A stretch of DNA of 63,168 nt, the filler included, from Antechinus flavipes (taxonomy: Eukaryota): the NCBI RefSeq assembly GCF_016432865.1. It is 3 parts of 3 records of this genome, joined end to end, with 100 filler letters (N's around TTAATTAATTAA, not from the genome) between each part and the next. Parts side by side here need not be neighbours in the genome. Positions count along the whole stretch, not along the records: positions 22,308 to 47,380 come from NC_067402.1; 2 more parts are not named here. The stretch is one strand, 5' to 3'. The position numbers and the translations under genes are program-made. The notes beneath the pieces were generated by a model. The model was not told the DNA's origin. It did no database searches and saw only the letters and a program-made list of their open reading frames with translations. Shown here one piece after another: positions 26,100-38,900 of the stretch (its first letter is position 1; the number at the start of each line of letters is the position of its first letter).

Positions 26100-27130
26100 G
26101 CACCAAGCTGAAAGTAATGTCAGGAGAGAAGAGGAGCATATATGAAAGATGTTATAATGTTAAAATGACAGGTTTTGTTTTGGGGGGAATAAGAGAAAGT
26201 AAGGAGACAATAAACATCTATGTTTTGATTCTGTATGAGGAGTATGGTTGTACCAGCAATTGTAATAGGAAAGTTAAGAAGATAAGAATGTTCATGGGAA
26301 AAGCTAAGGAGTTCCCTTTTGGATGTAGTGAGTAGAAGGTGTCTATGGGACATTCAGATTGAAATACCCAATAGGCATTTGGAAATTGAAGATCGAGTTT
26401 GCTGGCTAAATATTCTTGAAAATCAAAAGTATAGATGAGAATTGAATCTGGGAGTTGATGAGATCCACAAATGAAATTGTGTAGAGGGAGAAGAGAAGAG
26501 GGAACTAGACAGAGTCTTAAGGGATATCTTTGGTAGGGTGGGAGAAAATTCAATAAAGGAGAGTGATAAAGAATTGCCATATAAGAAGAGAATCAAGACT
26601 ATTATCACAAAATCCTAAAGAGAGAAGAGGGTTACAGAGAAGTCAAGAAGGATAAGGATTGAGAGTTCATTAGATTTGATAGCAATTTCTATTGATAATG
26701 AAGTCAGATTCCTGATTATAAAGAATTATAGAATGACAAGAAAGGAAGTTGAAGCTATTATATTTGGCCAACTCAAACATTTCAGCCACAAGAGAGGAGA
26801 TAGAACAAATTAGAGGGAATAGATAGATCAAGTGAAGTTTTTAGCGGATGAGGCAGGCATAGGTATATGGATAAGCAATAGAAAAGTAGTCAGTAAATAA
26901 GAGGTAAGTGAAGATAAGTGAGATGGGGATGATAAAGAACATGCAATGTCTTAGAGTATATAGGATGCAATAGGACCATTTGTCTAATAAAGAGGCTTAC
27001 TTTGCCAAGAAAGGTCATCATTTCATCTGAGATGGATAAAGGAACAAACAGAAAGAAAAAACAAAAGGCACTGACAAGATAAGGAAGGAGAGGAAGCTCT
27101 TGGCAATTAGCCTTATTTTTTTTAGTAAAA
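26100..27130 (-). mobile_element. Ancient L2 LINE fragment
   Basis: Purine-rich antisense L2 body (gagggagaagagaagaggg...gtcaagaaggataaggattgag...gatcaagtgaag). Confidence 0.7.
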
Positions 27131-27144
27131 TATTAGGTACAAAC

Positions 27145-28260
27145 AAAACCAATGCAAACAACATTAGAAGGAAAGTAGGAAGCTAGGAAATATTTTTACA
27201 GTCTCTGATAAAGACCTCATTTCTCAAATATATAAGAAAGAGGTCACTCCTCAATTGAAAAAAATCACCAAAGGATAGGAATAGTCAATTTTGAAATAGA
27301 GAGATCAAAACTTCTTATAGTGATATAAAAATGACCTAAATCACTATTAATTAAAGAAATGCAAATGAAAACAACTCTGAGATATCACCTCACATCTATC
27401 ATGTTGGATAATATGATAGAAATGGAAAATGACAAATGTTGGAGGGAATGTAAGAAAATTGAAACAATATGCATTGTTGGTGGAATTGTGAACTGAGCCA
27501 ACCATTCTGGAGAGCAAATTAGAATTGTGACCCAACAGCTATAAAATTGAGCTTTTTTTTTTTTTGATTCAGCAAAAATCAAAGATCACATTTGAGTTTT
27601 ATCTGAAAGAGATCATAAAACATTTATAATTTTAATATATATATTTATAAATTTATATAAAAATATTTATAGCAGCTCTTTTTGTGGTGGCAAAGAATTG
27701 AAAATTGAGAGGATGCCCCTCAATTTGGGAATGCACAAGTTGTAGCATATGAATGTAATGGAATTATGCTACAATAAAATGATGAGCAGGCTATTTCAGG
27801 AAAACCTAGAAAGACAATTCAAACTGATGCAAAGTGAAGTAAGTAGATTGAGGAGAATGTTCTACACACTAATAGCAATATTATATTGTGTGAAGGACTT
27901 GGTTATTTTGATCAAGACAATGACTCTAGATAATTCCAAAGGCCTCGTGATGAAAAATGTTACCCACCTCCAAAGAAATAACTGGTGGAGTCTGAATGCA
28001 TATTAAAGCAAACTTATTTCTCATTTTCTTTATATTTTGTGTTTCTTTATTTTTAAGTCTGCATCTTCTTTCACAATCTGATGAATATGGAAATATGTTT
28101 TGCATGATTGTACATGTATAACCTATATCAAACTGCTTACTTTCTTAGGGAGGGGATACTTAATGGAGGAAGGGAGAAAATGTGGAACTCAGTTAAAAAA
28201 AGAATGTTAAAAATGTCTTTACATGTAATTGAGAAAAATAAAATATGAGTGAAGAAAAAC
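27145..28260 (+). mobile_element. Degenerate 5'-truncated L1 (ORF2 end plus 3'UTR)
   Basis: aagaaatgcaaatgaaaacaactctgagatatcacctcacatc and the downstream 3'UTR. Confidence 0.85.
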
Positions 28261-29899
28261 TAAAAATTTTTAAAAATATTTTACATATATTGGAAAAATC
28301 AAATGCTATTTAAAAAGAAAAAACAGAATATTCACAAAAATATAAACAAAATATGAAATATGAAACATTAGAGGACTGATGAGAAACTAAGAACCTTAAT
28401 AATGAAGATAGCATTTGATTGAAAATTAGTAAAGCTGGGTTTAATAGCTCTATCATTAATTGATTGTATGACCATGAGCAAATCATTTTACCATTCTGAC
28501 CTTGGAGTCAGGTTCTCTTAGCCACAATTTTGTCATGTGTATTCATGTAAACAATAAGGGAACATGAGGAACATAAAGGCAAAATAGAAAGAATAATGGA
28601 TTTGGAATCAATAGAAATTGGTTTTGTCACTGCTTACCTGTAAGACCTTGGACGATTCATTTAATTTTCTGGGCCCCAATTTTGTCATTTTTAAATTATG
28701 GAATTGGGATCATCCAGATCCCAAGTGTCCATTAATATCTATTTTAGTTTCAAATTATCTGGTTTCCTGCTCACTACTATTATTTAATCCTCATTCTTAT
28801 TCATGGGGTTCAAATAGAAATAGTCTCCCAAGTCATTATTTTATTATTTTAACATTTTATTTAATGTTTAATTTCAACTGACTATTTGAAAGGTGGATTA
28901 AAATAATTGCTTTTCCCATTTGAATAAAAATATTATGATAGAGGTTCACCTTCCATAAGCTCCTTGTAAACATCCTTTGTATAACTTCTATAGGAGACAA
29001 TAGGGATGACTTAGACTTCAGTCTGGATGTACATGATTTTGATGTACTGTGACTCTGTACTTGGAAAACTTTGTATTCCTTGTAGCTTTGGGTTTATGAG
29101 TTTTCAAAGTGGTGATATTTATTAGCAATATTTAAAAGTGCTTAAATTGAATCAATGTTATATTAAAATATTTAATATTAAAATATTAAAATATATATGA
29201 CCATAGCCTCTTCTAGGACAAATTGTCAGGTAAATTCTCTAGAATATTTTGAAACCAAATTTGGATTATGAGAATTTTTGTTTATAGAAGACAGAAGTGA
29301 ATTTCTAGCTTTCAGGTTGTATCTTTGCTAGATATTCAAGAGCAATATATTCTTTTTGTTAGTTTGTTTATTTTCAATTTTTAAAATATTTTCCAGTTTT
29401 TTTTTTTTATTATAGGTTTTTATTTACAAGATATATGCATAGGTGATATTTCAGCATTGACAGTTGCAAATCTTTTTGTTCCAATTTTTTCCCTCCTTCT
29501 CCCCAGTCTTTCCCCCAGATGGCAGGTTGACCAATACCATGTTTCCCCGATAATAAGACCTATCCCGAAAATAAGCCCTTCCTTTACTGTGTAAGATTCC
29601 TCTAAAATAAGCCCTCCCCCCAAAATAAGCCCTTTTGAGATTGCTGCTGTAGTGAAGGTGATCCCCTGCGCTACATGCTACATTACAGTACCCTCTATAT
29701 GCACCGTTTCCCCTCCTCCCCCCCCCCCTTCCCGGGTGAAACGCACGCCCCACTCCGAGCTGCATCCAATCAGAGCTGCAGCAGTGAGCACATCATTCTG
29801 TTCTTCCCCAGTGATTTGCTTGCTGGCGCCATTGAGAGCAGTGCCGTGGAGGAGAGCTGAGGCAGGACAACATAAAAACCCGGTATGTAAGCAGGAGTG

Positions 29900-30070
29900 A
29901 GGGGGCACCATGGAGGATAAAAGGGGCATGATGGAGGATAAAAGAAGAACTCAGGGGGCATGATGGAGGATAAAAGAAGAACTCAGGGGGCATCATGGAG
30001 GATAGAAGGAGCACTCAGGGAGCATGATGGGGTTAAAACATTATTGAGGGGCATGATGGAGTGAAAAGAA
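29900..30070. repeat. G-rich minisatellite inside the transposon
   Basis: About 6 copies of ggggcatgatggaggataaaag(aagaactcag). Confidence 0.85.
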
Positions 30071-30097
30071 GGACTGATGGTCATAATTTTATTATTC

Positions 30098-30781
30098 TGT
30101 CTGCACGGGTCACCGGTGTTTTGGCAATTCATTTGGATGGAAAGAAAGCCACACCTCTAATCATCAGTAAGGGCAAGAAAGATAAGATTGAACATGTATC
30201 AGGCATTTATGTTCTTGAAACCAAAAAAGCCTGGTGTACACAAGCTGTTATAAGAAAGTGGGTTGATTTAATGCTGCCACTTGTTATGCGAGGTAACCAA
30301 AGAGGTCTGATAATCTGGGATTCAGCCAGCACTCACCGTGCTAAAGAAATGAAGAACTTCCTTGCAGAGAGAAGAATAGATCAAGTAATTCCTGCAGGAA
30401 TGACTGCCTATCTCCAGACCCTTGATATTGCAATAAACAAGCCATTCAAGGACCATTTGCACATGGAAGTCAATTGACTACATTGAAAATAGAATGGAAA
30501 GAAATCAGCGTGGAAACTTTGTGAAGCCCTGTCTGCAAGAAGTCATAACTTGGGTGAAGAAATCATGGGATAAAATTACTGACAGCTGTGTCGCCAAGGC
30601 ACTACGAGCAGGTTACCTGGACAAGACATGTTCATTTAAAGAGAGCTATATTGCTGGACATGACAGATTGGGTCCACTTCTTCTGAAGGAAATAGAGGTG
30701 CAAGACATCCAGGATGGAATTCAGGGTATGGACATTTATGACAATGTTGTTGAAGAAGATGACATGATCATTATTGAATAA
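30098..30781 (+). pseudogene. C-terminal half of a pogo-family DDE_1 transposase, frameshifted
   Basis: LIIWDSASTH...IPAGMTAYLQTLDIAINKPFKD...ITWVKKSWDKI motifs; a 1-bp insertion at ~30475 joins ORFs 30061-30477 and 30494-30781; N-terminal DNA-binding domain and first catalytic Asp absent. Confidence 0.88.
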
Positions 30782-32936
30782 AGGTACTTTTTTTGTTCAC
30801 ATTTACCTGTTTATTAAAATTGCTGTCAATGTTCATTAAAATAAGCCCTCCCCTGAAAATAAGCCCTCTGGTGTTTTTTCTGTCCAAAAAAATAATAAGA
30901 CAGTATCTTATTATTGGGGAAACACGACACATGTTAAATATGTTAAAGTATAAGTTAAATACAATATATGTATACATGTCCAAACAGTTATTTTGCTGTA
31001 TAAAAAGAATTGGACTTTGAAATAGTGAACAATTAGCCTGTGAAGGAAATAAAAAATGCAAAAATAGACAAAAATAGAGAGATTGGGAATTCTATGTAGT
31101 GGTTCATAGTCATCTCCCAGAGTTCTTTCCCTGGGTGTAGCTGGTTCAGTTCATTAGTGCTCTATTGCAATTGATTTGGTCATTGTTGAAGAGGGCCACG
31201 TCCATCAGAATTGATTATCATATAGTATTATTGTTGAAGTATATAATGATCTTCTGGTCCTGCTCATTTCACTCAGCATCAGTTCATGTAAGTCTCTCCA
31301 GGCCTTTCTGAAATCATCCTGCTGGTCGTTTCTTATAGAACAATAATATTCCATAATATTCATATACCACAATTTATTCAGCCATTCTCCAATTGATGGG
31401 CATCCACTCAGTTTCCAGTTTCTGGCCACTACAAAGAGACCTGCCACAAACATACTTTCACATACAGGTCCCTTTCCCTTCTTTAAAATTCCTTTGGGAT
31501 ATAAACCCAGTAGTAACACTGCTGGATCAAAGGGTATGCACAGTTTGATAACTATTTTGAGCATAGTTCCAAATTGCTCTCTAGCATGGCTGGATATATT
31601 CACAATTCCACCAACAATGCATCAGTGTCCCAATTTCCCCACATCCTCTCCAACATTCAGCATTATCTTTTCCTGTCATCCTAGCCAATCTGACAGGTGT
31701 GTAGTGGTATCTCAGAGTTGTCTTAATTTGTATTTCTCTGATTAATAATGACTTGGAATATCTTTTCATATGGCTAGAAATAGTTTCAATTTCTTCGTCT
31801 GAGAATTGTCTATACATATCTTTTGACCATTTATCAATTGGAGAATGGCTTGATTTCTTATAAATTAGAATCAATTCTCTATATATTTTGGAAATGAGGC
31901 CTTTATCAGAACCTTTGACTATAAAAATGTTTTCCCAGTTTATTAAGAGGCAATATATTCTTACAGTCTACAAGTGACATACTGCCCAGTTCTTCTATTT
32001 AATTGCATAATGTACATTGGTCACTAGGTCTAACTTGGTTCCTTAAGGATAACTTTTCTTTAATTTCTGGTGTCAGGGACTTCAACTTGAATTGTTATAA
32101 TAATTATTTCTATTTCTGTAAACAAATGGACATAATAGACATTTATTCTATGCTGCTTTGTTCACATATTATTTATTGAGTTTATGGGGATGTCACTTAT
32201 TAAGGGCTTTTTGAATATATTCTTGGATTTTAGCTGTTCCATGGTCTCCATGCAAAAGTAGCTTGAATTCAGTTACATTCTAAAGATCTACCTATCATAG
32301 CAGATGATAAAATTTTGATTCAAGAAGATATGAGTTTGATTTTTGTCTCAGATACTTATTAGGTATATGACCATGAGTGACCATCTGGAAGTTACTTCTC
32401 TTTCTAGAATCTGGAGGTCCAGAGTTCTAGACTGTCTTTAATGGAGTTAGAAAGAAGATGATATTGGTGGTCTAAGCCACCTGATATGTGTTGTCTCCTG
32501 TTTCTCATTGAAGATGTCTTGCTGCTTTGACTAACTTGGTTTGATTGTCCGAGTAGAGGGAATTGGTTAATAACTAATGCTGGTAATAGCTGTGATGGCA
32601 GCTCTTTTTTCTGTTAAGTGTTGCTCTGCAAACCCTTGGAATAGATAAATATTAACTACTGTCACTATCACCAGAATCATCAACATCATTGTTGTCCTTG
32701 TCATCATCATTGTTATCACCATCACCATTGCACAAGAAAGTAATGCCAAATAGTTTCAAAAAGATTTCTGTAGATTTTTTTTACTTATTTATCATTTTTT
32801 GTAAGGATGCTTTTTTTGTGATGAAGTATTAATCTTTTTTGTTACCTTCAGGAACAATTTTTAACCTGAGGTCTGTGAAAATTTTGTTTAATATAAAAAT
32901 CTTTTTTATAATTATGTAAATAAAATTCATTTTTGT

Positions 32937-33084
32937 GGGGGCACCTAGATGTTGCAGTGGATAGAACACCAGCCTTGAGTAAAGAGGACCTGAGTTCAAA
33001 TTCAGCCTCAGACACTTAATACTTCCTAGCTGTTAACTCTTGGCAAGTCACTTAACCAATTGCTTTGCCAAAAAAAAAAAAAAA
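32937..33084 (+). mobile_element. WSINE1-like SINE
   Basis: ggggcacctagatgttgcagtggatag...gagttcaaat...A tail; TSD-like aaaattcattt/aaaatcattt. Confidence 0.85.
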
Positions 33085-34699
33085 TCATTTCTCTTATCTT
33101 CCCATGTATTTTATTTCATGCATTGGGGAATGTCATTTTGAGAAAAGGTCCAAAAGCATCCATAACACACATCTTGAAAAGCTTAAGAATTCTTTCCCTA
33201 TAGTAATAGACACTGTATGTCTTTTTTGTTTGTTTGTTTGTTTGTTTTTAATATTTTGTGGGTCTTTATTAGAATACTTTCAAAATCTGCTTAACTATAT
33301 TTTAAAATTCTGAAGATATATTTTGAGAGATTTGTAGTGGCATTGCATAGATATTAATTGTTTTGAGTTTATTTTTAGTAATTCAACTCTGATATCAGGA
33401 TGTCTGTAACATTTTTAACTTATTGAATCAAAGCCTTTCCTTGACATTTATATATATTTTGCTTGGAAAAGACCAGGTTATCTGTAGGTAACTTTTTCTT
33501 CCATTGGGCTGAAGAGATCTCTAACTTGAGCTAAAAACTTTTAGTCTCTGTCTTTGATTTGTATATCTTAAAAATTTTATACTTGTCGAGTCTCAATGCT
33601 ATTTAGAATCAATGGAAACAGATTCCATCATATGAAGGAGCTGTTTTTGTTATTTTTGTTAGAACTACATATATATATTTTTGTCATCTCTACCTAAGTG
33701 ATTAATGAGATATTTTGGTTTAATTCCTTTTTTAATTAGAAACTACTGTAATTCTATTTAGGAAATATAATGGATTTAAAGCTAGGCAAAACTATAGTAG
33801 ACTTATAATGTCTCCTAGAAAAATATTACATTTCATTTGAATTATTCTTGCCATTCTTGTGTTAGTTATAGATTTTAGAGGACAGTTTTATTTGTATATG
33901 TAACTGATTGAAAGATGGAGGGCTTTCAATATGAAAAGAAGTCCCTATAACACTATTTCTTTTTTCTCTTTTTCATGCTCCTAAAATGGGAAGGGACTTG
34001 ACTTGAAAAAGAATTTGTTCAGCATGAGGAAACTCTTCATTAGTTCATCTTTGTCACTGCAGTAACTCATTTATTGCAAAAAATCCTTTTGTAAAATTGG
34101 GACCATGGTTTTGTGTGTTTTTCCTTCTGTGATAATATACCCCAATGAGATTGCAAAAACATCTCCACTTGCTGCTTTTCATTTCTTTGAGTAGCAGTAA
34201 AACCTCCTTCTCATCCCCATTTTACCAAAATCCAGATGATTTAAAATTTCTGGGTACTGGAATAGCCAACTTAGCAAGTATTTTTCACCTGATGCTTGTT
34301 TAAATTGCCCATAAATATTGGATACTCAAGTTATGTTTTTTGGGAAACAATTGTGATTTGATTAATTTAAAGCATTCTCAGATTCTTCTTCAGTCATCCA
34401 GCACCAGTACATTTCTCAAAAGCTCTATTCATATTCCTGATGTCTAATGTATAAAACTGATTTTTCCTTCCCTTAAAGTACTGGGAGTGTAAATGAGTCA
34501 AGGTTTAGCAATAATTATTACTGTGGTATTATTATTGTGAAATGATGATGTAACAATAAAAAATATTTTAAGGCATCTATCATATGACACATTCTAGGAA
34601 TACAAAAGCCAAAGAGAAAAAGCCCATGCAAACATATAAGTACAACCACAATAAATTTTTTAAAGATTAGTTTTTTTGGGGGGGGCAGGGGTGAGGTGG

Positions 34700-35300
34700 G
34701 GATAGGGAGACATTCACAACTTAAGAGCTATAACATCCTAGATAGAGGCTATATATGAAGTAAGAATTGAAGGTTTTGAGGAGGATGTTAGGAGGGGTAC
34801 ATCTTAGACACAATGGATAATCAAGGGAAAGAAACAGAGACAGATCAACTTAGCTGTGGAGTGCAAAAAAGGAAGCAATGTATAATAATGGTAGAAAATG
34901 TAGATTGGCTCCAGGCTATAAAGGGCTTTAAATAACAGCAAATTTTGTATTTGGTATTAGAGGTAATTGGGAAACATTAGAATTTATTGAATTAGAATAA
35001 CATGGTCAAATCTACACTTTCAGAAAATTATTTTGTGGATGATGGATTGTAGAGGGAAGAGATTTGAGGCAGGAAAACAATTAAGGGTGTATCATAAGAA
35101 GCCTGTCAGTACTTAATGAGTGAATGACTTAAGTTGGTTAATGTGAGTAAAGAAAGGAATGGATGTTAGAAATGTCAAACTAGAATCAACAAAATTTGGT
35201 TTCTTCTTGACATATGAGATGGGAAAGGATGAGGTTTGCAGATGACTTTGAAATTGTAAAGTGAAGTGACTAGAAGGTATACTGATAGTCTTAATAAAAA
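34700..35300 (-). mobile_element. Ancient L2 LINE fragment
   Basis: Antisense L2 body (ataacatggtcaaatctacactttcag...gatttgaggcagg). Confidence 0.6.
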
Positions 35301-36412
35301 AGGGAAGTTCAGAAGAGCCACCTATGGCACTAACTAACTTGCAGTTTGATCTTGAAAAAAAATATTTTCCCTCTGTGTGCTTGAATTTCTACATCCGTGA
35401 AATGAGAGAAGTGGTTGAGTTGCCACTGGTAAGGTTCCCTCCCCACTTCATTTTGCTCCCTGCTTGACATCTCTTTCTCAGTCTTAATCAAAGTCTTCTT
35501 GCACTCTAGGAATTTTTGTCCTCATTGATACCTACATCTTCCAAACTAAGGTTCTGGGAATTCACCAGACACCATACTTCTTTTCACTCTTCACTCTTAT
35601 CAACATCTCTTTTATAGTCTGAACAACTTGCCAAGTGGGCACCTTTGCCACCTTTCCCCTGCCCTTCTAGTTTCAGCATCATGAATAATGATCCCATCAA
35701 CTATCCCTATTTTCTAGGTACTCACTAACCATCTATATAATGTTGTGGATCAAAGAGGACTTTTTCAACCACTCCCTTATGCATGTTGACTCCCCATTAG
35801 AATATAAGCTCCTTGAAGGAAATGAGAGTTTTTGCTTTTAATTTTGTATTTTGCATTTGCATTTGATATAGTTTTAATGCAGTGTTTGGCAATATAATAT
35901 ATAAGCATAATAAAAACCTAATTTTTTAATAAAATATACAAAGAATCTTTTACAGAAAAATGAACTAATTGTGACACTCAACCTTTAACTTCATAATCTC
36001 TCTGTTTCTCTCCAATTTGCCAAACACCATGATGCATCCTTGCCCTTTGAGAACATATATTTTGATATTTAATTCAAGAAGGGAGTCTATTTGTTTACTT
36101 CTGAAGGGAAGGGTGTAGTCTAGGAGACAAAAAATCTTTGACTCAATTCTTCTGGAATATTAAACTTAAACTATAATTTACATATTGTGATCTTCTTGTC
36201 CCAGATTCCAAAAACAACAAAAATATTCCTGAAATCATCTTGGACTAGAGTATCATGTCAGGGGACATGTGGGATCTTGCCAATTTGCCAGATTTCTCTC
36301 CATGCTAGAAATATTTAAATATTATATTGATGTTAAATTAAATAAAATTGCTTCTAATAGACTTGAAGCTAAAAACACAAAGCATGACACTAGATTTAAC
36401 TATTTTTATTTT

Positions 36413-36774
36413 ATTTTATTTTTTTTTTTGCTGAGGCAATAGGGGTTAAGAACTGAAAAGTGTATTTGTCATTGAAATGCTTTTTTTATATATGGTATCT
36501 TTCTAGGAAGAAATAAACTAATGAGTGAATGACGTAAGTTGGTTAATGTGAGTAAAGAAAGGAATGGATGTTAGAAATGTCAAATTAGAATCAACAAAAT
36601 TTGGTTTCTTCTTGACATATGAGATGGGGAAGGATAAGGTTTGCAGATGACTTTGTTATAACAATAACTAGGGTCACACAACTAGGCAGTATTAAGTGTC
36701 TGAGGTCATATTTGAACTCAGTCCTCCTGACTTCAGGGCTGGTGCTCTATCTGCTGTGCTATCTAGCTGCCCCC
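36413..36774 (-). mobile_element. WSINE1-like SINE split by a ~210-bp locally templated insertion
   Basis: SINE parts at 36413-36450 and ~36665-36774 flank copies of 37235-37301 (inverted) and 35114-35250 (direct). Confidence 0.88.
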
Positions 36775-38499
36775 AGTATTAACTAGTTTTAAAAATCGCT
36801 AGAATTTTTTTCCCTTTTATTCATTTCATTCTAAGGTCCCCTGCAGTTTCAAGTGTTCTTAATGTGATGTAATCATAAAACATATACTCATACTATTATA
36901 TTTGCAGACTTTGAATAATAGCTAGGTATTTTTTTAGCATGTCTTGTGATTTTTCTATTTCAATACAACTATCATGTATCTGTCATTGAAATCCTAAACT
37001 GCCCAAGTAATCTGTAATCCAATTTTGTCCTTGAACAATCATGAAGATACCTTGTTTGGCAGAGTTCTGATTTGCTTTTAGGTCATATATTACATAGTTT
37101 TCCAGGCTTTATAATTTTAAATCTCTGCAACTATGTCAACTCAGTATTTTCTAAAATTGGGTCATGCCTGAAATTTGCATTATGTTATAGATTACTTGTA
37201 CAAACTTTGGCTCCAGGGGTAAAGATGGGTTTCTTTTATTTCTTCCTAGAAAGATACCATATATAAAAAAGCATTTCAATGACAAATACACTTTTCAGTT
37301 CCTAAAATTACTTTCTCTGCTACACTGAAAGAAAATGTATTTTTAAGGAGCATTATACTGTGAATCTTCCAAAATGTTAGTTGAGATACCCAACATTGCT
37401 CAAACTTCATAAATCTCATGGGGTGAGGACAAATATAAGTCTTTCTTTTATTTATCTTGCTGGAAAGATTTTCTGTGAGCTACATTGCTTTGGCTTGAAT
37501 TATTCAATTAGAGAAGTGTTTTATAGCAGATAGAAATAGCTTTAAGGCTAAGCATTTTTGGATTCAGATTCCATTTTGGATACATATTGACTGTGAGTTT
37601 GATACAACTATCTGAGACTATAAGTCACAGGCTAATCTGGCTCTCAAGTAGTGTTTGCTCAGCTAGGTGTTCTCTACAACAGTGAAATTATAAGCACAAC
37701 CACAATTATGCTTTTTTTTTTCATCAGTCATTTGTGGGACATTAGAATTGTATTCCTCTGTCAATCTTTGATTACATTAGTGCATGGGAATCTAGGTGTA
37801 GAAAGTTCCTTAACCTATGTTTATTTGTAATTCATTCATAACTTAATGGTGCTTCGAAGCAGGAAATTTTCTTTATTAATGAAGATTAGCAACTATTCTG
37901 CATCTTCAAGAGATATTGCTTGCCAAAACTGAGAAGTTAATGACTTGTCTATGGTCACATAATAACTGTCGGAGGCATTTCTATATCTTCCTGACTCAGA
38001 ACATGTGGCCTCCTATTCACAAACACCATTCAGCCTTTCCAGCACCTGATAACAGTCAATTATTTGGAGATCATTCATTCATCCTTATATCCAAGGAACT
38101 ATTGAAGTTATGGAGTAATGGAGAATGACTTAGTTCACTATCAAATTAATGACATAAGCATTTTTCAGGGTTTTTATTTAATTCAAGTATTTCCAGAATA
38201 AATTTACTGCAATATTTTTTGATTTTACCATTTTACTGAGATGTTGCTATGGATACAAATCCAGAGCACTAGTATTGAAATCAGGAAATTGGTTCGAACA
38301 GGTGAAGAATTTGCTATTTAGTCTGCAATATAATAATTGGCTATGAATTAATAGCTCATCATGTTTGATACATCAAAACTTGCTACAATATTTGTATTAT
38401 TATTGAGTTATATGTTGAAGATTGTAGTTCATCTACAACTCTCTCATCTTACGCTATTATTAAACATTAATCCTCTACAGAAAATCCACCCAATGTACT

Positions 38500-38900
38500 G
38501 GAAATGTTCATTTGGCCAATTTTAAATATTGTGAATACCAGTTCAGTATTTGGGTATTCATTTGTCACCCCTTGCTATTATTACTTGGTTGATCTTTTCC
38601 AATTCTCCATTCCCTGTTGCCTTCTTCAAATTCTTAAGCATAAATTATTATTGAATAGATGCCATTCTCTATGAGCATTTCTAATAAATATTTCTCTTGA
38701 CCTTTTTGTTACCCAAAATTTGCATTTTAGGTGATTGAGGCATTCCAAGATTCATAATCAAAAAACATCATTGGCAGAACATTTGTGTTAAAAGGTTCAT
38801 TGGGAATCTTAGGATCATTAAAATCAATATTCAATTTCTCACACGCAATCCAATCTATTCTCTTCTTGTTCAATTTTGGGCCCAATATGTCTAACTATAA
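38500..38900 (-). mobile_element. Degenerate RTE LINE (ORF C-terminus)
   Basis: Minus-strand FNTNVLPMMFFDYESWN and QILNWY resemble RTE ILPVMLYGCESWN and VLHWYP. Confidence 0.55.

Larger units (their letters stand above)
29537..30927 (+). mobile_element. pogo/Tc2-like (IS630-Tc1-mariner) DNA transposon, internally deleted
   Basis: ~23-bp TIRs ccatgtttccccgataataagac / tcttattattggggaaacacga (4 mismatches); TA target site (right copy mutated to CA); subterminal (g)aaaataagccct repeats at both ends; DDE transposase remnant. Confidence 0.92.
29397..31940 (-). mobile_element. Comparatively young 5'-truncated L1, split by a DNA transposon
   Basis: Long open ORF2 segments (31205-31603, 31581-31874: IDKWSKDM..CWRGCG..LMHCWW); the 3'UTR is continuous across the insertion (gaccaaTA|...|CAcatgttaaatatg). 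Confidence 0.92.

Noticed and set aside
25942-26139. Minus-strand ORF with a hydrophobic C-terminus and an apparent acceptor
   Set aside because: The acceptor lies in the edge of an antisense L2 fragment; the peptide is not recognisable.
38500-38900. Decayed protein-like frames considered as an endogenous viral element or processed pseudogene (also 46350-46960)
   Set aside because: The motifs fit RTE LINE ORF remnants better.
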